This document shows, piece after piece, positions 1 through 10,800 of a stretch of 64,000 nt of DNA. The notes below the pieces were generated by a model. The model worked only from the letters and a program-made list of their open reading frames with translations, was not told the DNA's origin and did no database searches. The DNA comes from Eledone cirrhosa (taxonomy: Eukaryota), in the NCBI GenBank assembly GCA_964016885.1, contig OZ024755.1:682001-746000 (forward strand), in the 5' to 3' direction. A program made the translations under genes and the position numbers. Positions within the stretch are counted from its first letter, which is position 1. The number at the start of each line of letters is the position of its first letter.

Positions 1-740
1 GGCATTACTGTCAGCAGTGATTTGCGTTGGACAAAGCACGTCTCTAAGATTGTCAAGAAGGCCGAGGGTGTCTTGGCATCACTCAGCAAGACCTTTGTTA
101 GCCGCTCTCCAGCCATCTATTTAAAGCTATATACAGCTATGGTACGACCACACTTGGAATTCGCATCATCAGTCTGGAACCCCTATCTTGCTCAGAACAT
201 TGACCTCCTGGAAACTGTTCAGAGACGTGCAACCAAGCGCATACCCTCCATCAGATATCTATCATACTCTGAACGCCTTGCTTCCCTGGGCATGGATTCA
301 TTGAAGCTCCGACATCTGGTAATGGACTTGGTAAACACCCACAAAGTTATTAACCATCTCGCCAACAACAACCCTGAGCACCTTTTTGATCTCCATGTGT
401 CTAACACACATGGACATGCCTACAAAATCAGAAAACAGCACAGCTCCCATGACTTTCGGAAACATTTTTTCACACTTAGAGTTGCTGAAGCATGGAACAA
501 ACTGCCTGCGTCAGTTGTTAGCTGCCGAGACACTGCATCCTTTAAAACCCTCATGCTTCCCGAAATTTGCCAAAACTACACCTGATGTCCCTCTTCCATA
601 CACATGCACACATGTGTATATCATGACTTATGCACTGTTCATTTTTCTGACGTTTGTACATTACCCTATGTACTATACATACATTTTTGATGAGTTGTAG
701 TGCACCTGAGCACTGTACACAATATTTTCATTATTATTAT
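1..740 (+). mobile_element. CR1-clade LINE 3' fragment (RT C-terminal region, 3'UTR, (TTA)n tail)
   Basis: ORF 22-585 has CR1-type C-terminal motifs (LYTAMVRPHLEFASSVWNPY, LETVQRRATK, FFTLRVAEAWNKLP); 3'UTR ends gcacctgagcactgtacacaat...ttattattat; homologous pieces at 5428, 4823 and 54403. Confidence 0.9.
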
Positions 741-2923
741 ATATATATATATATATACACACATATATTTCCAGTTGGTTATTGGAGTGCCTTTTTAACT
801 CTCAGTGCTGAACACTTCGAAATCATTGACTGAAGTAGATTAATAAATGATTTTGTGCAAAGAACACGACAATACAGTACAACATTGTGCTATGGGAAGC
901 AAGCTTGATGTTTGAAGTTGGCTTGCAGATCAGCCAGCAATAGAAAATCAATTCTATGCTTAAAAACATTATTGGATATATGCTGAGTACATATCAAGAT
1001 TTATTGATGAAGTCGCAGACTTGCACACAAATGATGATGTAAAAAAAAGAATTACAAAAAATATACAAAGATTTTTTTATGGCAAAAACAAAACAAAAAA
1101 AAATGTTTAAAAAAGCCCATAAAAAGAATTGGTATTGGGTGAAGCAATTCTATAAACAGATATTTAAGTGAATACATAAGTAAATAGTTTTCTGACCTCC
1201 AGCTGACTTCTAAACTCATCTACATCATTTCATATTCAATATTAACAACACAAATCTCACCTAAGCCATCCCAATAATCGTATAGTCTACTTCGGCCTAA
1301 GTTCACCAAGGCTTCAGTCTTTTTCTTGGAATTCTCCTCCTGTTCTTCTGTCATCATCATAATTGTTATCACTTTTCTATGTGAACTTCAGTTCTTTCAT
1401 GGATGAATCCCCATCATCATCATCATTTTTCCATGTAGGCTTCAGTTCTTTCATGGATGAATCATCATCACCATTATCATCATCACCATTATCATCATCA
1501 TCATTGTTGTCATCATTTTTCGAACAGTAACATTGACCTTAATGAGATTTAAACCCAAAGGTCAGAAAGCTGGAACAAATATCGTGATCCATTTTATCCA
1601 TGGTCTAATGATTCCACCTAATCAACATTTTTTTTTTTACCAAAAACAAAAAATATGAACACAAAAATAGAAAATAAATGTAAATATAAATAAATTTCTT
1701 CTCTCAAGCATTATGCTTCATAATTAATTTGTATTCAGATAAATTTTTACTAGTTTCAGTCATTGAACTGTCTTCCAGAGATTCAATCAATAATATTGAC
1801 CCCAGCACTTATTTTTACTATATATATATATTTATGTTTCTACCATCAGATACCTAATTGTAATGTTATTAGTATGTTTTTTAGTTTTCCTTCAACAATA
1901 AATATCATTTTCTATACATTATATTCATGGCTGTTAATTTTTCTTAAAGTAAATACATGTAAATAAATACATAGATAAATATGTACTTATATTTAGCAAA
2001 ACATATATACAACATTTATTGTATACTACAAAATATATACTTGTTTAATATCTAGTACATCATTTCTTGCATAATTTACAATGATATATATATACATATA
2101 TATATATATATCATGCTAGCGTGGAAGATGGACGTTAAACGAAGATGATGATGATGATGAGATACACACACATACATTTGTATGTATTTATGTTATATAT
2201 ATAACAAATGTCGAAATATTAAACCATTTGTTTATCTCTTAAAAATCAAATGTCTAAATATGATTTTAAAATGATATTTAGACATATTAACTTATTTGAT
2301 ATTCATAAGCATGAAGAAGTATATATTTATATATTTGCTATATTTATATATCCTATAGAGGTAGTCTATACCACACCACAAAGACATAGCCCTTACATAC
2401 AAATATATAATTCCTAAAGAAACATCATCAAATTTACAATATAAACCAGAATAATTATTATAAATGGGTTTTATCTATATGATTTCCTTGAATACCTTTG
2501 CTAAGTGATTAATGAATCATAAAAATTCAGTCATTCAGGCTACCTTTTGTAAAACTATCAAATTGAGAAGTTGTAAACATAAATCTTATTTATCTATTTC
2601 CTTCTCAGATACGTTTAAACACAAAAATCACATATGTAAAAGATATTCATTCTCCATTGAAAATGTTTGAAACATTATTTCTGAATCACTGTATCTTCTC
2701 TCAGTCTATCTACTTATCTATCTCTCTATCTATCTTCTGTCATATATATATGTAAGTGTGTGTGTTTAATCAGAAGAAAATCATTTGTTCTGATATATGC
2801 TAGTAATAAAAAGAAATAAATAAATAAAAAGGGGGATATCTCCCAAATGTCCTAAAATGTAAAATTGAATGAGGCATGCAGTAGAGAGTTACTCTGATCT
2901 TTAACAAGTGGGTGATAACTCTG

Positions 2924-2954
2924 GACATGTTTCTATCTTACTAAGTATCCTCAG
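2924..2954 (-). ncRNA. Degenerate hammerhead-like core (no convincing stem I)
   Basis: Minus strand reads CTGAGGA-tacttagtaagata-GAAA-CATG-TC; palindromic helix III, imperfect helix II, flanks do not pair. Confidence 0.35.
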
Positions 2955-3169
2955 TGAAGCCTAGAATACTTAACAGTATTTAATATTTCATCAATAGAGC
3001 AGGAAAAAACTGAAACTAGTTAGGGTTGAGTTACATTAGAAAATGTAACTTTATGCATTAAATATTTTCTAGTTGCTATGGGAACAGTATATTTTATTTT
3101 ATTCAATTGACATCCAGTAAATTAAAATTTAGTAAGGTAAGCCACTAACAACGAAGTCCTGACAGTTCA

Positions 3170-3390
3170 TTGTGTCCTTGAGCAAGACATTTTATTTCAC
3201 TTTGCTCCAGTCCACTCAGTTGATATACCTGTTTTTCAAGTGACCAGCCTTGTAGCACCTTGAGAACTCTCTCAGAACTACATTAAGAGAACATGTGTCT
3301 GTGGAATGCTCAGTCATTTGCACATTAATTTCATGAGCAGTCTCTTCCATTGATTGCATCAACTGGAAACTCGTAGAAACTGATAGAGGC
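3170..3390 (+). mobile_element. CORE-type SINE, 5'-truncated
   Basis: gtgtccttgagcaagacattttatttcactttgctccagtccactcag matches the core of the SINE family at 21913. Confidence 0.6.
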
Positions 3391-3501
3391 CCACAGCACA
3401 TAGAAGTCTCTAATCCAGCTTCTTCTCACACCTGTTAGTTGACCTCCAATACTTTCTATTTAGTTTTGGTCATGTCAGGGGTGTAACCATACTCAGCATT
3501 C

Positions 3502-3730
3502 TTAACCCTTTAGCATTTACATTACTCTATATGTACGGTTGTATTTTAGCAGTAAAGGCTTTACCTCCCATAATTATCTCACATAATATCGAATTTATGA
3601 TATTTTGATATTATTTATTTTGAGAATAATACATTACCATCAGTATGAGTGGTCAGTTAAGGCCAGTTTGAACAGAAAGTGGTGAGAGAATTCTGACCGG
3701 ATAAGGCCGGTTTAAATGCTAAAGAGTTAA
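3502..3730. mobile_element. piggyBac-like MITE
   Basis: TTAA on both sides; terminal inverted repeats ccctttagcattta / taaatgctaaagag. Confidence 0.75.
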
Positions 3731-4822
3731 GACAGTAAAAAGAATGTGTTTATTGCCTGAGAAATTTTGCCATTGTTTTCTAATCATTATTTCTACTTAC
3801 AGCATATTATGCAAGTTTGTAACATCATGAATATATTCCAGTTGGCATTGGAAAATGTTCTTATTACCATTTTTTAGGCCAATTACTTGCCAGAAGAAGC
3901 CAGCCTGCTGGGAAGTAACTTTGCTTAGGGACAACAAATTCATTGCTATAAATTCATCATAGTTATTGTGGGTAACTATATCACAATAACTACATCAGGT
4001 AATTTCATCAAAAGATAATTTCATGCCAATTTAATGACATCACAAACACATGCACCATTATTAAATTTATTGTCATACCAAATACATCTTTGGTGAATTC
4101 ATTCTCGTGAACAGCACCAGTACAATGTTATACAATATTTAAAGGTTTTTATTTGCTGAGTAAATACATCACAGTTTTATCAATGATAAACAAAAAATTC
4201 AACATCGAAAAATTATTATTAATATAAAATTTACTCACTTTATGCATGAAAAAACAAATCAAAGTTATTTTAAAGTGTGAGAGACCCAATGACAGAAAAT
4301 AACTTTAATAACAGTTGAACGCTATAGATAATAGTTTAGAAAATTGGGTAAATTACACCTTAGTGGCAGAGAAAAAGGGGACAGAGACACCTAGAAGATA
4401 TTAAACCCCCACATCTCTTGAATACCATGAGGTAAACTAAGGGGTGGGTGGTGCTTCTTCCTGTATATTTTACAGGGTTCAATTCCTCATTAGTGCCTCT
4501 GTCCAATTGTTCCCCAATTAGTGGCTCCTCATGGACCATGATGACCCTTCAAACCCATTGTCAATGGACATAATCTCATGACGATGATGATGATGTGGGG
4601 GAGGAGGAGGAAGGTGTGATGGAGTATGTGAATGATGATGATGATGATAATGATAATGATGAGGAAGAGATGAAGGTGATGGTGATGATGATGGTGGTGA
4701 TGATAAGGAGGAGGAAACAAAACAAAAGACAAAAAAACTCCAATCGCCAAAATATAGAAAGAAAGAAAAGAAAAGAAAAAACACAAATATAAAAATATGA
4801 AACCCCTAAAATGGAGGTATTT

Positions 4823-5146
4823 TAATAATAATAATAATGAAATTATTGTGTACAGTGCTCAGGTGCACTAAACTCATCAAAGGTGCATGTATAGTACATA
4901 GAATAATTGTTTCTACATTTGGCACAAGGCCACCAATTATCCAGTACATTACTGGTACTTTATTTTATCGACCCCGTAAGGATGAAAGGCAAAGTCAACC
5001 TCGGCGAGATTTGAACTCAGATCGTAAAGGGACGTAACTATGCTGGAAAGCATGGCGTCCGACCCTCTACCGATACTGCCAATACTGCCAATATAGTATA
5101 GTACATAGAATAATATACAAATGTCAGGGAAGTGAACAACTTGATA
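4823..5146 (-). mobile_element. CR1 3'UTR fragment interrupted by a SINE
   Basis: Reverse complement of the CR1 3'UTR (tgtgtacagtgctcaggtgcac...) resumes after the SINE at 5096 (gtatagtacatagaataatatacaaatgtcagggaagtgaa). Confidence 0.85.
4902..5092 (-). mobile_element. tRNA-derived SINE family A, nested insertion with 19-bp TSD
   Basis: Reverse complement of the copy at 6066; TSD gtatagtacatagaataat at 4889-4907 and 5096-5114. Confidence 0.9.
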
Positions 5147-5427
5147 TAACAATAGGAAAATATAGTGACTACTTACTAAAGGAAGTTATTGAACAAAATA
5201 GTTTTATTTCTCTTATTGTAATGAATTATTTGTAAAGAGAGGCAAAGAGAGAATTGAAGTGGCTTCCTGGATGAAGTGTTAAATGGTTAAATAATTGTAA
5301 TAAACCTCCGGCAACACAGCAAAGGTATCGAGGCTGGAAAATGACATTGAAATACTTGATTTGATGAAGCTTGAGAGGTTCTCAACATATTCCTGGTCTA
5401 AATGCTGGATAATAGGTTATATACACA

Positions 5428-5802
5428 CGCCAACAACAACCCTGAGTACCTTTTTGATTTCCATGTGTCTAACACACGTGGGCATGTCCACAAAGCCAGA
5501 AAACAGCACAGTTCCCATGACTTTCGGAAACATTTTTTAACGCTCAGAGTTGCTGAAGCATGGAACAAACTACCTGCATCAGTTGTTAGCTGTCGAGACA
5601 CTGCATCCTTTAAAACCTCCATGCTTCCCGAGATTCGCAAATGCTACACCTAATATTCCCCCTCCGTACACACGCACACATGTATATCATGACTCATACA
5701 CTATTCACTTCCCTGACATTTGTACATTATTCTATGTACTATACATACACCTCTGATGAGTTGTAGTGCACCTGAGCACTGTACACAATAATTTCATTAT
5801 AT
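5428..5802 (+). mobile_element. CR1 LINE 3' fragment
   Basis: Closely similar to 360-740 (ANNNPEYLFDFHVSNTRGH...AWNKLP) plus 3'UTR and (TTA)n tail. Confidence 0.9.
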
Positions 5803-6065
5803 TATATATACTTATATACATACAGACATATACACACATACTTATATACATACAGGCATACTTACATACACATACTTATATACATACAGACATACTTGTA
5901 TACACATACTTATATACATACAGACATACTCACATACTCACACACACACAAACACACATACATACACACTGATATACTGACATATACACAATCGACTTTC
6001 CCCTCCCCCCAAAAAATTGCTGGCCTTGAACCTAAATCAGAAACCATTATTATTATTATTATTGA

Positions 6066-6270
6066 AAGGCGGTAGATTGGCAGTATCGGTAGAGGGTCGG
6101 ACGCCATGCTTTCAAGCATAGTTACGTCCCTTTACGATCTGAGTTCAAATCCCGCCGAGGTTGACTTTGCCTTTCATCCTTACGGGGTCGATAAAATAAA
6201 GTACCAGTAATGCACTGGGTAATTGCTGGCCTTGTGCCTAAAGTAGAAACAATTATTATTATTATTATTG
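6066..6270 (+). mobile_element. tRNA-derived SINE family A, full length
   Basis: A-box-like tggcagtatcgg, B-box gagttcaaatcc, core gactttgcctttcatccttacggggtcgataaaataaagtacc, tail gtagaaacaa(tta)n; at least 7 well-conserved copies in the window. Confidence 0.9.
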
Positions 6271-6440
6271 TTTTACTACTATCACTACAAATGTCATCAT
6301 CATCATCATCATCAAACCAACCTGCGTACTTCGTTGAGTGCTCCAATCTGCATACTGAGGTGTCGGTAAACAACCAACATATACTCAAAATTTATATTTA
6401 TATATATATATATATAAGTGATTACACAACAGTTAGTTCA

Positions 6441-6486
6441 CCATATCGAGAACAATTGTTTCACCTTAGAGGATCTTCAGCTCGGA
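6441..6486 (-). ncRNA. Minimal type-I hammerhead ribozyme (left-arm copy)
   Basis: Minus strand: ccgag CTGAAGA t-cct-cta-agg-t GAAA C-AATT-G TT ctcgat. Confidence 0.7.
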
Positions 6487-6534
6487 AGGACAACCATACA
6501 AACAAGGTTGTCCTTCCTGTTCCTATAACCATGT

Positions 6535-6584
6535 CCATTCCGAGCTGAGGATCCGCTAAGGTGAAACAATTGTTCTCGGTATGG
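6535..6584 (+). ncRNA. Minimal type-I hammerhead ribozyme
   Basis: Stem I ccattccgag / ctcggtatgg (9 of 10 pairs), core CTGAGGA (6545-6551), short helix II, GAAA (6563-6566), helix III C-AATT-G with palindromic loop, GUU triplet, predicted cut after 6574. Confidence 0.8.
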
Positions 6585-6607
6585 TGAACTAACTGTTGTG
6601 TAACCAC

Positions 6608-6670
<63 letters not shown>

Positions 6671-6769
6671 TAAATTTTGAGTATATGTTGGTTGTTTACC
6701 GACACCTCAGTATGCAGATTGGAGCACTTGACGAAGTACGCAGGTTGGTTTGTTTACTCCGGAGTAATT

Positions 6770-6931
6770 TAAAATAATTAAGTCAAATATGTAAAATTTG
6801 GCTTCGTTTATTACAAATTATAGATATAGTATATCTATAATTATATATATATATATATAATTATAGATATACTATATCTATAATTTGTAATAAACGAAGC
6901 CAAATTTTACATATTTGACTTAATTATTTTA
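6770..6931. repeat. Perfect ~160-bp palindrome centred on (TA)n
   Basis: taaaataattaagtcaaatatgtaaaatttggcttcg... mirrored by ...cgaagccaaattttacatatttgacttaattatttta. Confidence 0.9.
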
Positions 6932-7799
6932 TATATAAATATATATATATATTTGAATATTATAGATAGATATTTTTTTTAAATGAGGAAGATCATCAAG
7001 TGGTACTGAGAATGATCTGACCCCCCCCCCCTTATATGATTCAGGATTGTTGTTACAGTAAAATGCTGGAAAAGACTTTTAGGAGTTTTCATCAATAGCA
7101 GACTCATGTCAACTGCCAAAAACAGGAAATTTGACAACAGCCAATCCAATCCAAGGTCTTCTCACTCCTGTTGGTGGAACCCCTTCCCTGGTTGACCTCC
7201 ACTGCTTTTTGTTCGGATTTTGTCCTGACCAGACCAGGGTCTGGTGGGGGAATTAAAGACGTTCGATATTTTAAAAAACTTTTGACAGAGCAGAAATGCC
7301 AATATCATTTTGAAAAATAAGTGTTAATCTCAGGTAAAATGCAGATTGTATCTTACCTGAAATTGCCAAATTGATTGCTCAACAGACAAAACCACAATTG
7401 CTGAGATATTGATTCTGTTTTCCAGTAGCTTGATTGTGAAAACTTTATTCGGTGGTGAGGTTGATGGGAAATTATGAAAATTCCTTTTTTTTATTAAAAT
7501 TTGGGAAGAATATTTGATATTTCAGCTAATGTTAAATAGTGTATTTCCAAAAGTATGAACACATCCATGAATGTTGGTTTGTTCATCATTGATAAGGGGG
7601 TATGATAAAGGAAATATTTCACTGTATTTCTGTCTGTGTGTCTCAGCATCTATCTAAGGCTTTTATCATATTTATCTTCAAGTCAATTCAACTTTTTGAT
7701 AACTTTTCCAATACCATCGGAACTTGAATGCATGTAAAAAAAAAAACCCAAAAAAACAATATATCTATATCTATATATATATAATATTAGGTGGTTCAG

Positions 7800-8331
<532 letters not shown>

Positions 8332-8456
8332 CCTGCACAATATACATTCTAAATCTTCTTATTGGAGAAGAAATTTATTTTATGAGAAAAATGATGGAGA
8401 GATCAGGAAAGACGTTCTATTTACATTAGCAAAACATTAAATAAATAAAAAATGAA

Positions 8457-8507
<51 letters not shown>

Positions 8508-8884
8508 AAAATAAATGAATGAATGAATGAATGAATGAATGAATGAATGAATAAATATATATAGTTCAGATCCAAATCCTATTCTGCAGAATTCCTTTAA
8601 GCATAAATCATAATTGTAGAGAATTTATATTTGAAATATTTACTGACATTTAAATGAAAATTTACTGTGGACATTAACACTTCTTTCCTAAAGTATATTA
8701 ATATTAAATATATATATAGATATAATTTATATTAACTAATCACACCACACATGTATACTAAATATATACACATACACACAAATATATACTAAACATATAT
8801 ATACATACACACACTCGTATAGTAAATATACACCCACACACACATAATATATGATTTTCACCACTTATTCTTTATTTGGTTAGT

Positions 8885-8990
8885 TCATGAAAGTTCTTTT
8901 GTCACACATTTTGTGACCTCCTCAAAGACTATCCGTTCTCATCTGTACCTCCTCTTCTTTCTGGTCTTAATCTGTTGCTCTAGCTTGTCT
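8885..8990 (-). mobile_element. Decayed copy of the hammerhead-bearing family seen at 21555-21892
   Basis: aaagttcttttgtcacacattttgtgacctcctcaaagact aligns to aaagttctttcgtcacacattctgtgacctcttcagtgact (21766-21806); core nucleotides are mutated. Confidence 0.6.
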
Positions 8991-9229
8991 TTTTTCTTTT
9001 TTAAATCTTTTCGTTTCCAATAATTTCCTCTAAAATATTTCAGTCTTTATTTGGTAAAATAAGTTGAAAGAACTATTGACAATTATCAATAATAATTCTA
9101 TTGGTTATAGATTATATAATTATATCATTTATATTTCACTCAATCAGTTCTGTCATATTTATTATTACTTAAAATATTTTATGTCTGTTTGTCATTAAAT
9201 TACTCTTTCTCTCTATCTGTCTCTCCATT

Positions 9230-9507
9230 TATGTATATGTGTATAAGTATATACATATATATATGTGTATGAGCGCGTATATATATATATATATGTATGA
9301 GTGTATGTATATATATATATATATGTGTGTACATATATATGTATGTATATACATGCATGTATATATGTGTATGTATGTATGAATATATATATATATATAT
9401 AAATATAAATACATATGTGTGTATGTATATACATGCATGTATATATGTGTATATATATATATATATATATGAATATAAATACATGTGTATGTATATAAAT
9501 GCATGTA

Positions 9508-9542
<35 letters not shown>

Positions 9543-9785
9543 GAATATAAATACATATATGTGTATGTATATATATATATATATATGTATGTATATATAT
9601 ATATATGTGTATGTATATATATATATATATATGAATATAAATACATATATGTGTATATATATATATATATGTATGTATATATATATATATATATATGTGT
9701 ATGTATATATATATATATATATGTGTGTATGTATATTCATATATATGTATATATATATATATATGAATATAAATACATATATGTG

Positions 9786-9833
<48 letters not shown>

Positions 9834-9875
9834 TATAAATACATATATATGTATGTATATATATATATATATGTG

Positions 9876-9913
<38 letters not shown>

Positions 9914-9923
9914 TATAAATACA

Positions 9924-9962
<39 letters not shown>

Positions 9963-9992
9963 ATATATATATATATATATATGTGTATGTAT
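9230..9992. repeat. Compound microsatellite with recurring gaatataaatacatat anchor and variable (TA)n
   Basis: Anchor motif repeated about 8 times between TA tracts. Confidence 0.9.
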
Positions 9993-10230
9993 ATCATCAT
10001 CATCATCATCATCATCAACGTTTAACGTCCGTGTTCCACGCTTGCATGGGTTTGGACGGGGGTAGTCCCACTTGAGGCAAGAGTGATTGTCTTGCTCGCA
10101 TAGGACTGTCTGGCAGGTTTTCTACAGTTGGATGCCCTTCCTAACACCAACCACATTTACAGTGTGGGTCTGGGAGGTTTTTACCGTGTTGCCTACACGG
10201 CCACATTACAGCGTGGACTGTGTGTTTTTT
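9993..10230 (-). mobile_element. RTE family B 3'UTR fragment
   Basis: Reverse complement of ~29720-29950; (CAT)n tail. Confidence 0.9.
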
Positions 10231-10284
10231 TGTATATATATATATATATATGTGTGTATGTATATATATATATATATATGTGTG

Positions 10285-10329
<45 letters not shown>

Positions 10330-10800
10330 ATGTATATATTTGAAAGTAAGAGTTAGAGGGAGAGATCAGACGTTGACTAAAATACCATAAGCAGACAAAG
10401 TAATTCTAATGGGTTATTTCAACTGCAACAGTAGCATTAGATAATAAAATAAAACAACTGCAGTAACAACTGCAGCAGCAACAACAACGTAATGGGGAGT
10501 GGGGAGAGTGTTGGTGGTAAATATAGCAGTAATGGTAGTAGTAGTTTTCTTCCTCTCTATGTAGATTATACTCACTCTCACCATTTACAGCACTAACTTC
10601 CAACAGAAGTTAAACACACATTCTACTATATATATATATATATATAGTACCCATTTATGTGTGTTGTATTGAGGCAAATAAGTTTGTGTCCACTCTCTGA
10701 TTTTTACGTAACCTTACCTATTGAGTACTCAAGGATGCAACTGGTACTAGCAGGGAAACCTTATGCTAGTCCTTTCTTATCATTCACATATATATATATA

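Larger units (their letters stand above)
6313..6752. mobile_element. Fold-back (long inverted repeat) element with hammerhead motifs, Penelope-like-derived
   Basis: Arms caaaccaacctgcgtacttc...gctcggaaggaca and tgtccattccgagc...gaagtacgcaggttggtttg are reverse complements with a few substitutions; each arm has an internal (TA)n and a hammerhead motif. Confidence 0.75.

Noticed and set aside
6066-6160. tRNA gene
   Set aside because: A/B boxes are present but there is no cloverleaf; multi-copy with core and tail, so a SINE head (same for family B)
7352-7485. Minus-strand CAG|GTAAG donor with an open frame upstream
   Set aside because: No acceptor, no recognisable protein, no partner exon; expected by chance
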